The notes beneath the pieces were generated by a model. The model was not told where the DNA came from. It saw only the letters and a program-made list of their open reading frames with translations, and made no database searches. From Octopus vulgaris (Eukaryota): a DNA stretch of 64,000 bases. Positions 1 to 14,589 of this stretch are shown here, one piece after another. How positions within the stretch are numbered: position 1 is the first letter of the stretch; every line of letters begins with the position of its first letter. Made by a program: the position numbers and the translations under genes. The stretch is taken from the NCBI GenBank assembly GCA_951406725.2, contig OX597830.1:19344001-19408000 (forward strand), given 5' to 3'.

Positions 1-1848
1 TTGTATCTTGGGAGAGTGGTTATGCCAATCATAATAACACATGCACTGGGTCAATTCCACTTCTTTCTTGTTAGTCATTTTGTTGAATATGTAACCATCT
101 AACTAATCAAGCTTTTGTTTAATGTGCTCGTCAAACAATTGATTGGCTGTTTGTTAGTCAAAGTTCTTTCATTGGTGGTCTCCACCTTTTCAGTGACTTG
201 GTGATTTCCTCTCTCACTCTGAGGTCTGTAAGGTCTGCCCTTGTTATTATCATTGCTATTATTATTGGTGTAACCACTCTCCCAACACACAACAAAGTTT
301 GTTTCAACACACAAATTCACATCAAGAATCTTGCAAAACAAATACAACTTCGTCATTATTGTTTTGGTTGAAGCAAAAGCTAACATGGAATCTTGATGGA
401 AGATTTCAATTTAGTTCACTTTAGTACAGAAAGATTGTGTCATAAAATCAGGGGTGATCTCAGATATGTCGTTATCCAAAGGATTAATTTAATTAAAACC
501 TTAATTTTTTTTAAATTGAAAAAAAAATGTTTTTAAAATTTTTAAATATTATTATTATTATTATTATTACTAGTATTGTTGTTATACATACATACATACA
601 AGCATACGTAATAATAATAATAATGATAATAATAATAATAATAATAATAATAAGTGGATGTAAACACATGAACAAAATAAGAATAAACAAAAGCAAATTA
701 CACAAACTTATATAAACAGAAGATACAAATATTACTGGCATTCCCCCCCACACACACACACCAACTAAACATAGACGCACATAGAGATATACGCATGCGC
801 AAATGAAGACACATACAATAGAAATACAAAATGGCTGACGGTTAGTAAGGAGAGACACACAAATATGAAAGAAGAAAGCAAAGGACCACTGATGCTGTCA
901 CAGGAGTGTGACGAAAGAACTCTGGCCGAAATAAGATTAAGTTTAATGTAAAAAATAAATAACACTGAAGCAAAGTAACACCAAATATATAGTGCGTGTG
1001 TTTTTATTGGCTAAACTGGCAAAATAACCATTCCGAAATACAACAGTAACTTCATTATAAAGTTGAGCAAAAAAATGCTTGATGAACGAAATTAAATATT
1101 GATTGATTTTTAAAATCCAAATTGTGACCTACCCTCATTGAAGAACTTATCAAACATAGATTTGTTGATGGTTTTAAGTGATGAAAGCGATGCAGTAACT
1201 ACTTAAAATAAAATGTCTTTCTGGATTATTTTTTTTTCCTGCTACTTTCCAGTAAAAGAAAAACGAATCCTGCAAGGAATACACTAAACGTCATTTACTA
1301 ACATGTCTAATATGACCGGATTAAAAGGAAAAATTATTTTATGAATACACATACATCAAATATCTGATAAATGCTATGTCTAACTAATTAGTGTTTTTAC
1401 CCGAAAAAGAGTTTTCACTTTTTGGACAAACATCTTTTAAAAAAACAATCTTTACAAAAAAAAAGCAAAAAGAGAAAATTCTTCAATTATTGATTTTTAA
1501 AATTATCAGTGCAATTTTTGTCTTTTGGAGTCTAAAAGGCATTTCATAAACAATATTCTGCAAGTGGGAAATGTGACATTTCCATACATGCCATCTCTGA
1601 AGAGCACAAGTATTAGATAACCATTCAGTCTACTAATATCCAGTGCAAAATTAATTGATGAAATCGGCTGTAAGGGATCTATAATACTGAATACTTTGAT
1701 TAATATATAATTGTTGATACGTTGTAAGCTTCTCACAGAGTGTTATGTTGTTGTTCCTTTATCATGCAATAAATACACGATTACAATAACTAACACAAAT
1801 CTAAACAACAACAACAAACATATTTTTTTGTAATAAATCATTATATTA

Positions 1849-2065
1849 AGGCGGTGAGCTTGCAGAAACGTTAGCATGCCGGACGAAATGCTTAGCAGTA
1901 TTTCATCTGTCTTTATGTTCTGAGTTCAAATTCTGCCAAGGTCGACTTTGCCTTTCATCCTTTTGGGGTCAATAAATTAAGTACCAGCTGCGTACTGAGG
2001 TTAATCTAATCAACTGGCCCCCTCCAACAAAATTTCGGGCTTTGTGCCTTGAGTAGAAAAGAATA
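1849..2065 (+). mobile_element. tRNA-derived SINE, family B
   Basis: GGCGGTGAGC(T)TGCAGAA head with GAGTTCAAAT B box. Further copies at about 27552-27692(-), 43060-43225(-), 55205-55437(-) and 60895-61085(+). Confidence 0.8.
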
Positions 2066-2479
2066 AATCATTATATTTGTAAAAGAAATTTTATTTTATA
2101 TAATATCTTTATTGAAGTTTAGTATCAAAATATTTCATTCATTTTTTATTTGTTTCAGTAATTTGACTGTGGCCATGCTGGGGCAGTACCTTTTTAGTTT
2201 AACAGATTGGCCCCAGTACTTGTGTATGTTTTTCTTTTTAAGCCTGGTACTTATTCTACAAGTCTTTTCTACCAAGCCCCTAAGGTATGAGGATGTAAAC
2301 AAACCAACGTAGCTTATCAAGCACCCAAACATACCAGAATGGCAAATGGATATTAAATGATGATGACAATGAATTCCAGTTTGGTTCTAAGCTTGGAATT
2401 TACTTTATAAAGTGATGGATTGCTTCATTGATGACATATTTAAAAATCCGTTCCTATCCCTAAAATTTATATAAACATT

Positions 2480-3120
2480 AACAAGGAGAATGGAGTGAGT
2501 AACTTGTTTGACTGCATGATTGAAGAATTGTTTCATCGATACTCAAACTTCTGGTAGAGCATTGAGGGATCTGAGTTGCTCGCTCTGTTCTCCATGTTGA
2601 CAGGCTTCCATAGAATTTCTGTGTACCAAGTTCACTCGCATAAACGGAGAAATTCCAACATATATTCTGAAACAATCCTATTTCTCCATCAGATGACAAC
2701 ACACGTGCTCTGGTTTTCTCGTAGGTCTTTGCAAAGGCAAGAAATAGTTCTTCTGGATTGTCACATGCTCAAAAGAATCTTGAACATTTTGTAACGATGA
2801 ATGCTATCAAATGCTTCCCTGAAATCCATGAAGCTTATAATGACAGGTAGCTGTTTCGATTCAACTCCTATGATACACATCAGGGCTAACATCTGAGATG
2901 TTGTGGTCTAAATCCATTTTGATTTGGTCTCAGATGGTTATCAGGTGCCTGGTGAGGATCATCCGGTTGATGACTTTGGGCAAGATGTTGGACAGTGAAA
3001 TTCCTATGTAGTTAGTTTCATTGTTGAGGTTTCCTGACTTTGGGATTAGCATCAAGTCAATATCGGATCAGTTTTCAATGCCTCACTGAAATAGCAAAGT
3101 TAACAATGGCAATCACTGCT
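2480..3120 (-). mobile_element. Degraded non-LTR reverse transcriptase fragment (RTE/RTE-X-like)
   Basis: The minus strand gives FMDFREAFDSIHR-like and SSDGEIGLF-like RT segments, with stops and frameshifts. Confidence 0.5.
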
Positions 3121-3373
3121 CAGTCATACGTTGGAAGAAGGAATTTGAACTGGAGACAATAAACTTTTCTTTTATTAATCTCTTTATCTGTCTTTATATA
3201 CACACACATACACACACACTCCCAGTTACATTTTTAGGAGTGCTCCGTTGTTTTTGTTTGTCTGTCATTCCAGCTTGTCAGCCCTTGCTCAAACCATCCA
3301 ACCCATGCCAGCATGGACAATGGACGTTAAACAATGATACCGACGATGATGAGGATTTATATATATATATGTA

Positions 3374-4500
3374 CAGAGGTTAGACAAAATAATAGAAACA
3401 CCTTAAAATTTCAAACAAATTTATTTTAATATGGGATAGGACCACCTTTAGGTGTAATCACAGCTTAAATTCTACAAGGTATGGACTCCTACAAAGTTTG
3501 AATTGTTTCCAAAGCAATTTTTGTCCATTCTTCAGCTAAAACAGCCTCCAGTTCTTGTAGTGGTGATAGTGGAGGATATTAACTCCTTACTTGTTTTTCT
3601 AAAATGCACCATAAATGTTCAATAATAGTGAGATCTGGGGACTGTGGTGGCCAAATAAGATGTTCAACTTCACCAGAATGTTCCTCGTGCCATTCAGTAA
3701 CAACTTCAGCGGTGTGAATTGGTGCATTATCATCCTGAAAGATTGCGTTTCCCTCCGGAAACAGTTCCACAACCATAGGATGAATTTGATCAGATAAAAT
3801 GCTTAAATAGTCTCGACTATTAATTCTGCCATGAAGGAAAACCATTGGGCAGACGGATTTCCAAGATATAGCCCCACACCCCAATCATCACAAATCCCCC
3901 TCCATGTTTAACAGTCTGGGTCAAATGCTTCTTTTGGCTGTCTCCACACGTATACTCGGCCGGTGGTCAGAAATAAGGTAATATCATTCTTCCACTGCTC
4001 TAGAGACCAATTCTGTAGGTTTTACTCCACTCTAAATGCTTTGCGACGTCCGTTTTTGAAAGTAGGGGTTTTCTGATTGCAGCCCTCCAGTGAAATCTGG
4101 CTTTGTGCAGTTCCCGACAAACAGTTTTTGTGGAAACTGGGTTCTCGAGGTGGTCATTAATCCCTGCAGTAATTTTGGGAGCTGTAGTTTTGTGAGCCTT
4201 TCTAACAATTCGCATAAGAGTCCGACAGTCCCTATCAGAAAGTTTTGGTTTTCTTCCGGAGTTTTGTTTCAACGAGGAGGTTTTTCCCACTTTCTCAAAG
4301 GCTGTCATTACTTTCGAGACAGTACTTCTTGATGCATCAAACATTTCAGGTGTTTTCATAACGCTAGTGCTTGCCATACGAGCACCAACAATTTGACCTC
4401 GTTGAAAGTCCGATAGATCTGTCATTTTAATGAATTTTAATTACCTTTTTCTGATGATATCAGAAAAGAAACAGAAATTTTAGCAAGACATATTAAGCAA
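3374..4500 (-). mobile_element. Tc1-like transposon remnant (DD36E), one TIR visible
   Basis: TA|CAGAGGTTAGACAAAATAAT terminus. HTH ORF at 4425-4000 and catalytic ORF at 3884-3579 (FQDDNAPIH...WPPQSPDLTIIEHLW). Confidence 0.88.
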
Positions 4501-4691
4501 CAATAATAATAAATAAAAAAACATCCCCGCCAACAATACATAGAAAGACTGTACCAGAACAAGTGCTTGTGTTGCAAATACCAAGTGAGCTTGTTAAACA
4601 CATATATCCGTTATATCAATGATCCAGTTCTTAAAGTTGAATGGGATGAAGACGGATTAGAGAAGCAAAGTCAAGAATCAAGATGTTTTAA

Positions 4692-4910
4692 CCCTTTAGC
4701 ATTCATGCTATTCTGTCAAATATAATATTGATGTATTCCAAATTGTTTTACATTAATCATGTGTTACCTGGGAGTCATGAGATGTTGATGAGGTAAATTA
4801 ATTTTTAGAATGACATTGTAGGGTTGATGTGAAAGGCCAGATCTGGTTGGTTTGAACATAAATCAGGCAGAATATTTCGGATGGATATGGCTGGTTTAAA
4901 TGCTAGAGGG
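4692..4910. mobile_element. piggyBac-type MITE with TTAA target-site duplication
   Basis: TTAA|CCCTTTAGCATT...AATGCTAGAGGG|TTAA. Related copies at about 32765-33097 and 42751-42975 (opposite orientation). Confidence 0.8.
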
Positions 4911-5283
4911 TTAAAGGAAAAATTTACCAAAGACGAAAAAGTTTTAGTCAACAAGAAAGAAGACAGAACTTTATTGCCATCAAGGCAGTGGCAATGCCCA
5001 AAATGTTTGAAGGGATTCTGTGCAGTGAACCCAGCATAAACAATGGGTAAACTACAAGAGTTGAAGTGAGATCACAAGTAGGCTGAGAGAGAAGACAGAC
5101 TTTGTATGCAGCAGAATGTGTAATGCCAGTATGTATGAGTAACAGAACATGTGCTGAGGGAAAGAATTAGGTACGAAAGTAATTTGATGTGATGTGGTGG
5201 AGAGATTATATAATGAACTCATTGTATACGGTGCTCTGGTGCACAACTCATGAGAAACAGTACCCAAAAGTACAGGAACAGTA

Positions 5284-5788
5284 CCGTAAATCTTCGAGTA
5301 TAGTCCGCCCTTGAGTATAATACGCAAGAGATTTTTAGGGGGCTGTGCTTCTGAAAAACCTAAACCTTGTGTATAATACACACCTCTTCTCTAATCTGAG
5401 TCACGCATAATTAAGCCAGCAGCACCTAGTCGAACAAACACTTCCGTGCATGCGTAATACAATAATGGTGGTGTTCTTAACTGTTATATGGGAATGTAAA
5501 TGTTTGCAAATTGTGTTTGTTACATGTTATTCTATGTTCTGAATACTTTTATTTTAATAAATGTTGCTCACTGCAAGTTATGGATGATTCTTTTATGACT
5601 TCATTGCTTTCAGGCTTAACTTGATGTATTTTCGCGTCCGACATCACAAAATGCATCGGAATAAGCATTGAGGCTCGGACATTGCTTAGAAAATATTTTT
5701 CACTTTTAACCTCGTATGTAGTACACACTAGTGATTTTGACCCTTAAATTTTGAGGAAAAAATGCAGATTATACTCGAGGATTTATGG
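5284..5788. mobile_element. Tc1/mariner-pogo-type MITE
   Basis: TA|CCGTAAATCTTCGAGTATA...TATACTCGAGGATTTATGG|TA terminal inverted repeats. Confidence 0.78.
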
Positions 5789-6352
5789 TACATAGAATAT
5801 GCACAGGAAGTGAACAGTGAAAAAGTCTTTAAAAGAAAAGGGAGGTAAGGGTCATCAGGTGTAGAATACTGAGCTTGTAGAGATATGTGATACATTTAGG
5901 GATGATGGATGGGAGTAAATTAGTAGCAAAAGGATCCAAACAGAAGAAGTACGCAAAACAGAGGAAGACTAAGGAAGACATGGGTAGAAATGGAGAAGGA
6001 TGATCTCGGGAGGTTGAACGTCTGAACGTCATGAAGGAAGTAGAAAAAGTTGCAGCAAGTGGCACGTAATAAACTGTACTTGGCCAACAATAAGGATAGC
6101 AGAGGGGTGTAACTAGGTGGGTACAGATAGGAGATGTACACAACTTACTAGTTCAAGGGTGGCATGAAGTATTGTGGTAGTGGTAGACAAGACAAAGAAA
6201 GTATAAGCATGGGAAAATGGACATAAAATAATTATATACACACACACATACATACATATATATGAAATAGATATATGCGTGTTTGTGTGTGTGTGTATAT
6301 ATATGTATATATATATATATATGACATGATAAGATATATATATATATATATA

Positions 6353-6655
6353 ACACCATTTAAGCATGGCTGTTGCCTGTACTGCCTGACTGGCCCTTGT
6401 GCCGGTGGCATGTAAAAGCACCCACTACACTCTCGGAGTGGTTGGCGTTAGGAAGGGCATCCAGCAGTAGAAACTCTGCCAGATCAAGACTGGAGCCTGG
6501 TGCAACCATCTGGTTCACCAGTCCTCAGTCAAATTGTCCAACCCATGCCAGCATGGAAAGTGGACATTAAACAATGATGATGATGATAATGATATGTTCA
6601 TAAATGAGTCCAACCCATGCCAGCATGGAAAGCGGACATTAAATGATGATGATCA
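6353..6655 (+). mobile_element. RTE 3'-UTR-derived repeat with (GAT)n tail
   Basis: Ends in CCCATGCCAGCATGGAAAG..GGACATTAAA(TGA)n, the same tail as the RTE fragments. Copies near 8567-8940, 19650-19830, 34180-34595 and 41690-41940. Confidence 0.75.
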
Positions 6656-6759
6656 GACAGATATTCTCCCTATAGAATACACTTCATAGTGCTCAATAGG
6701 TTTAAATTTGAGCAGTAAATATAAGGGTAAGCAAGTTAGTCAAGTCAATATACAAAATA

Positions 6760-7140
6760 TATTAAATACATTTAATACAAAAAAAATGTACATATGTTTA
6801 CATATAAAAAGGTCCAACTTACACAGAACAGAAATGATAGGAATTAAAGGGGTCGAATAAGAGTTTTACAACTCGAACAGCTGTTTCTGGGGGCTTGATG
6901 GTTCAAAATAATGACTGTAAATTGATTCCATCATTGGATAATACCAGCCTCTGTCTTCAGGGAAGAATTTTACATATGAGGTGTTTACAGAAAGGAGATT
7001 AAAGAATCTTTATCCAATGATAAAGAATCTATCATCTGATGATGGAATCAATTTTATTCCTGATATCATTTTCATTGTGTGAGTTTGAACTTTTTATATG
7101 TAAACATATGTACATTTTTTATATTAAATGTATTTAAGGA
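6760..7140. mobile_element. Penelope-like terminal-repeat remnant with inverted duplication
   Basis: 6762-6825 is inverted relative to 7076-7138. A degenerate minus-strand CUGAAGA...GAAA-CAGCUG-UU motif lies at about 6872-6965. Confidence 0.55.
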
Positions 7141-7181
7141 GTAACCTGCCTATCTTTACATTTACTCCTTATATACATACA

Positions 7182-8470
<1,289 letters not shown>

Positions 8471-8566
8471 ATATATATATATATATATTATTGATTACTT
8501 TTTAAAGTTATCTCTACAGCACTGACTTATAAGCCTTTAATATACTTTGATACTTTGCAGTATATT

Positions 8567-9765
8567 CATCATCATCATCATCATCATTTAACGTCCGCTT
8601 TCCATGCTAGCATGGATTGGACGGTTCAACTGGGGTCTGGGAAGCCAGAAGGCTGCACCAGGGCCAGTCTGATCTGGCAGTGTTTCTACGGCTGGATGCC
8701 CTTCCTAACGCCAACCACTCCATGAGTGTAGTTGGTGCTTTTTATGTGCCACTGACACAGGTGCCAGACAAGGCTGGCAACGGCCATAATCGGATGGTGC
8801 TTTTTACGTGCCACCGGCATGGCGGCCAGATTAGGTGGCGCTGGCAACGGTCACGTTCAGATGGTTCTCTTATGTGCCACCGGCACTGGTATCACAACTA
8901 CAGTTTCCATTGATGTTGATCGATTTCGATTTTCACTTGCCTCAACAGGTCTTCACAAGTAGAGTTTTGTGTCCCAAGAAGGAAAGGTATGCATAAGTGG
9001 ACTGGCTACATCCCATGTAGAGGCCACGGGTTATGGTCTCACAGGTTTTCCTGGGTCTACCTTTTCCACAGGTTCCCTCAACCTCTAGGATGTGGCACTT
9101 TTTCCCACAACTATCTTCAGCCATTCTCGTCACATGACCATACCAGCGCAAACGTCTCTTTTGCACACCACAACTGAGGCTTCTTAGGTCCAACTTTTCT
9201 CTCAAGGTACTTACACTCTGTCGAGTATGAACACTGACATTACACATCCATCGGAGCATACTGGCTTCATTTCTTGTGAGCTTACGCATATCCTCAGCAG
9301 TCACGGCTCATGTTTCACTGCCATGTAGCATGGCTGTTCGTACACATGCATTATACAGTCTGCCTTTTACTCTGAGCGAGAGGCCTTTTGTCACCAGCAG
9401 AGGTAAGAGCTTTCTGAACTTTGCCCAGGCTATTCTTACTCTAGCAGTTACACTTTCAGCAAACCTGCCCCCGCTACTGACTTGGTCACCTAGGTAACGG
9501 AAGCTATCAAGTATTTCTAGTTTTTCTCCCTGGAATGTGGTGGAAGTTGGTCTCTGTGCATTTTCAGTGTTTATTGCTCCTGAGCATCTGCCACATACAA
9601 AAACTATCTTCCCAGTTAGCCTTCCTTTGACATTGCTGTACTTCTTATGTGTCCATAGCTTACACTTTGTGCATCTTATAGAGTTTCTACCTACGCCTTT
9701 TCTACAGATTGAGCAGGGCCATCAACCTGAAGGTGACCACCAGATAAGGGATCGGGGGACCCTGT
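8567..9765 (-). mobile_element. 5'-truncated RTE-clade LINE
   Basis: ETWAVTAEDMRKL..EASMLRWMC..RRLRWYGHV..GRPRKT-like C-terminus and (GAT)n tail. Same family at 10470-11680(+), 12600-13200(-) and 59640-59740(+). Confidence 0.88.
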
Positions 9766-10469
9766 CAAAGGTCATCATCATCATTGCTTAGCATCTATCT
9801 TCAAAATATGTAAATTTTGGGGACTAATGGGTCAATTAGTATGATAAGTAAAACACATTCATAGTTTAGTGTCATCCATGGTTGGGTTATGTTTCCACTG
9901 GAATCCCGCAGTGTTAGTTGAGATAATAATAATTAATGAAGGAAAGAGAAGATAGACTTAGCACTAGTCTTTATTCAGTACAACAATCATTTCAACGCAT
10001 CCTGCAACTGTCTATTATAGGTAGGATTTTGTGCATGTAGCTGTGCTGCATCAATCTGCACAGTTTGTGTCACATCAGGTACATACATAAAGAAGCGGGT
10101 GTCTCATTAGATATACTGAAATGTCCTAGGCATATTGCTCATGCCTGCTGTATTTTGGTTATATATATGAGGTGAAGTCAGAAATTATCAACATATCTTT
10201 ATTATTGTGACACTGCCTTTTGCACATGCATGCTTATAGTTGGTCATGTGATCGAAGTTTGAGTCTGATTGTGCTATTTTTCTTTCTGACTTTACAGTTT
10301 AAACGTGGCCACTCCACTAGCAATGTGCACCAAAGAAGAACAAAAAGCAGTGATCCAATTTCTCTGGAAAAGAGGTGTACGATCAACAGTGGAAGATACA
10401 GTGCTTTGCTAGCTAACAAACTGAATGGAAGCAAGGTCTAGAATCAAAGGGCCTTAGAGTTAGCCTAGA

Positions 10470-11680
10470 AATAACCAAAGCCTTAGTAAGTAGGAAGGCA
10501 GAAAAATCACAAATCCCTTCAAGTAGATGGCCCTGCACAATCTGTAGAAAAGGTGTAGGTAGAAACTCCATAAGATGCACCCATAAAAGGTGCTGGGAAG
10601 GTTAACAGGGAAACTAACTTTTTGTATGTGGAAGGTGTACAGGTACAATAAATGCCAAAAATGTGCAGAAATTAGACTCTGTCAACTGCCAGTGGGGCAA
10701 GCTAGAGGTAGTAGATAGCTTCTGTTATCTAGGTGATCAAGTTAGTAGTGAAAGTGGATGCTCCGAGAGCATAGCTGTGAGAATAAGATTAGGCTGGGCA
10801 AAGTTCAGAGAGCTCTAACCTCTGCTGGAAACAAAGGGCTTCCCTTTCAGAGTGAAAGGCAAATTGTTTGATGTCTGTGTGTGAACTGCTATGCAGCATA
10901 GCAGTGAAACATGGACCTATAACAGCTGCGGGTATGTGTAGGCTTTACTGGATGTGTAATGTCAGTGTGCATGTTCTACAGAGTGTAAGCATCTTGAGAG
11001 AAAAGTTAGGCATAAGAAGCATCAGATGTGGTGTGCAAGAGAGATGACTGTGCTGGTATGGTCATGTGATGTGTATGGATGAGAACAGCTGTGAAGAGAA
11101 GTGCTGATCTCTAACTTTGGAGGGAACCTGTGGTAGAGGTAGACCCAGGAAGACATGAGACGAGGTAGTGACACATGATCTTTGAACTTTGAGCTTCACA
11201 GGTGCAATGACTGGTGACTGAGACCTTTGGTGATGTGCTGTGCTTGAGAGGACCTGTCAAGCCAAGTGCACCCATGCTGGTGGCATGCAAAGAACATCTT
11301 TTGAAGCAAAGTGGCTGAGTTCCTTTCGAGTGTTGGGCCTAACGGAGGCAAAGTGGCTGAGTTCCTTTTGAGTGTTGGGCCTCAGGGAGGCAATGACTTA
11401 GACCTTTGGCATTATGTCATGCTTGAGAAGAAGACCCATCAAGACGAGCAAAATTACAGTTGTGGAAGATACTGGTGTCACACAAATTGGCACCCGTGTC
11501 AGTGGTGCATAAACGCACGTGTTAGGAAGGGCATCCAGCTATAGAAAACCATCCAGCCGTAAAAAAACCATTCAGCTGTAGAAAACCACATCAGACAGGA
11601 GTCTGGCGTAGCCATCCAGCATGTCAGCTCAGTCAAACTGTACAACCCATGCCAGCATGGACATGTTAAATGATGATGAT
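10470..11680 (+). mobile_element. Degraded RTE-clade LINE fragment
   Basis: Homologous to 8943-9765 in the opposite orientation, with many stops. Confidence 0.82.
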
Positions 11681-12477
11681 CTGAAGGTTCAGATGTTAAG
11701 CTATCGATCATAGGTTGTTGGTTCAATTTCTAGGCCAAGTAACATGTTATTATACCCTTGAGCAATGCATTTCATTTCATGTTGCTCCAGTGCCTACTGT
11801 GTGTTGGTATAGCTCTCCCTCCCTGTGGCGGTCACCGCTTCTTTGATCCAATGAATTTAAACAAGAATGTGCTGAGAAGGTGTCTGTGTCTGCTGTTATG
11901 ATTGTGCTGTTGTCACAAACAATTAGTGAAAGAATCATATAAGTTATTAGGTCATACTCACTTGTGTGTAAAGCCTATGGTTATTATATATATAATATAT
12001 GTGTGTGTATGTGTGTATGTATGTATACATGAATATATGTACATATATATATGTGTGTGAGTGTCTTATTGTGTACATTTGTGGAAGACATATGACACAA
12101 CACTAAGATGTATATAACTGATTTTCTTTACACGTCATATATATCCATAAAAGCTTGGTATCAGCTGTCTTGATCAGGAAATGCTAAGCACTGTGTATGT
12201 ATGGCTGGATGATGTGGTTGCATGTGTGTGCTAATGTACATATATATATATATATGGACTCCGTGTGGGCTATGGACTCCGTGTGGGCAGTCATCTAAAA
12301 GTTTTTGTTCATCATGATGCTGACATAAGTTCCTTGTCTTTCCTGATGAGAAGGCGGCATAATGCACCTCTTATTCCTTCGAAATTAGGAATATGCAGTC
12401 TTCAAAACATATGTCGAGAATAAAGGAATTTTGTTAAATCGTCCTTCAACTCCATTCATTTATTCATATATTATATA

Positions 12478-12560
<83 letters not shown>

Positions 12561-13289
12561 TTTATGTTTATGCACTACAATATCAGTAAAAATCGCCACC
12601 ACCTCCAACATCACTTCTACCATCATCATCATCATCATCATTTCTATGTCCAAGATTTCCTGCTTGCATTAGTTGGACATGTTGCCTCTAGCAAAACGTT
12701 TCTTTGCTACCTATTGTCCCTTGTCGTCAACTCCCACATGAGATCAGCTTTCACCACTTTCACCCATATCTTCTTTGGCAATCTTCTTCTGCAGGTTCCT
12801 TCCATCCGGATTTCTTGGCCCTTCTTTACCCAGTTGTCATCTTCCACATGCGTCACATGTCTGTACCAGTAGAGTCTCCTTTCTTGCACTTAACATTGGA
12901 TTCCTCATACACCAAGTCTTTTTCTCAGCTCGTTTCTGCTCTGTCATTCACGCACACTAACATTACACATTCTGCAGAGCATGGTTTCCTTATTTCTTTC
13001 CATCTTTCATGTATCTTCTGCATATAATGCCATTCTTTCATTCCTATGTAACATTGCACTTTATGCATAAACATTATACAGTCTATCATAAAATGGAAAG
13101 AGAAACCTCTTGTTGCCTGCTGTGCTAATAGCTCTCTGAACTTTGCCCACCACGGTTACTATATTTTCAGGACACTCAGCCCCTCTGTTAATAAGTCATC
13201 TTAATAAGTCATCAGCTAGAGTCACCAAATACAGCTGTTTGAGCATTTGGAAGACATTTTCCCACTGGTGATCTAACTGTTAATTACTC

Positions 13290-13612
13290 CTGTATTCTTT
13301 GTAAGCCTAGCACTCATTCTATCGATCTCTTTTGCCAAACTGCTAAGTTACAGGGATGTAAACACACCAGCATCAGTTGTCAAGCGATGTTGGGGGGACA
13401 GACACAGACACACAAACACAAACACACATATTGACATGTACATATATATGACAGGCTTCTTTCAGTTTCCATCTACCAAATCCACTCACAAGGCTTTGGT
13501 CGGCCTAAGGCTGTAGCAGAAGACACTTGCCCAAGATGCCACGCAGTGGGACTGAACCTGGAACCATCTGGTTGGTTAGCAAGCTACTTACCACACAGCC
13601 ACTTCTACGCCT
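13290..13612 (-). mobile_element. tRNA-derived SINE, family A (internal TA/TG microsatellite)
   Basis: GGCGTAGAAGTGGCTGTGTGGTAAG head, GGTTCAGTCCC B box, CTTGGGCAAGTG core-like segment. Confidence 0.82.
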
Positions 13613-13737
13613 ATAAATTTTGGGAAAAAAATGCAGATTATACGTGAGGTTTTACAGTAAACAGATATATGGGAAAGGAAACTGTCGATGGAGGTAGAGT
13701 AACATGTGTATGTTTGCCTGTGTGTTTGTGTGTATGG

Positions 13738-13782
<45 letters not shown>

Positions 13783-13861
13783 TATTCAAAAAAAAAGAAT
13801 GCCAAGGAACAAAAAGAGCAAAGGAAGTTAGTCAGAAAATATGAGTATGAGTATGGATAAA

Positions 13862-14042
13862 TAAGTGGCTGTGAGGTATGTAGCTTGCTTACGAACCACA
13901 TGGTTCCGGGTTCAGTCCTACTGCGTGGCACCTTGGACAAGTGTCTTCTACTATAGCCTCAGACCAACCAAACCCTTGTGAGTGGATTTGGTAGAGGGAA
14001 ACTGAAAGAAGCCCATCGTATATATGTATATATATATATGTA

Positions 14043-14074
<32 letters not shown>

Positions 14075-14292
14075 TGTGTGTGTGTGTATGTATGTTTGTG
14101 TGTCTGTGTTTGTCGCCCCAACATCGCTTGACAACCAATGCTGGTGTGTTTATGTCCCTGTAACTTAGCGGTTTGGCAAAAGAGACGGATAGAATAAGTA
14201 CTAGGCGTACAAAGAATAAGTCCTGAGGTTGATTTGCTCGACTAAACGCGGTGCTCCTGCATGGCCACAGTCAAATGACTGAAACAAGTAAA
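13862..14292 (+). mobile_element. SINE family A, full length
   Basis: Head, (TG)n, then tail ending TGACTGAAACAAGTAAAA. Other copies at about 20355-20705, 29265-29636, 32170-32610, 49288-50160, 51160-51650, 52682-52968 and 54225-54680. Confidence 0.85.
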
Positions 14293-14589
14293 ACAATGAT
14301 AAATAAATAAATGAATAAATAAATAGATTAATATAATAATTATAAATATGACTTGTAAGGCCGAGACAAAACAATAAAAATACTGAACATTGGCAAAATG
14401 GTAGATGTGAAAAAAAAAAGAAGCAGTTACAAAATCAAAAAAGAAATATGTAAATGAAGACAGGTAAAATAAAAAAAATAATAAAAAGAAGAAAAAAAAC
14501 AGAAACAAAAAATAAAGAAGAACAAAAGAGGAGGGGGGAGCAAAAAAGGAGCCGATTGTTGTCTTGAGAACAGGTTTATGTGTAACTCA

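Noticed and set aside
99-386. 95-aa minus-strand ORF at the window start
   Set aside because: No recognisable domain or splice context, and it overlaps a MITE remnant.
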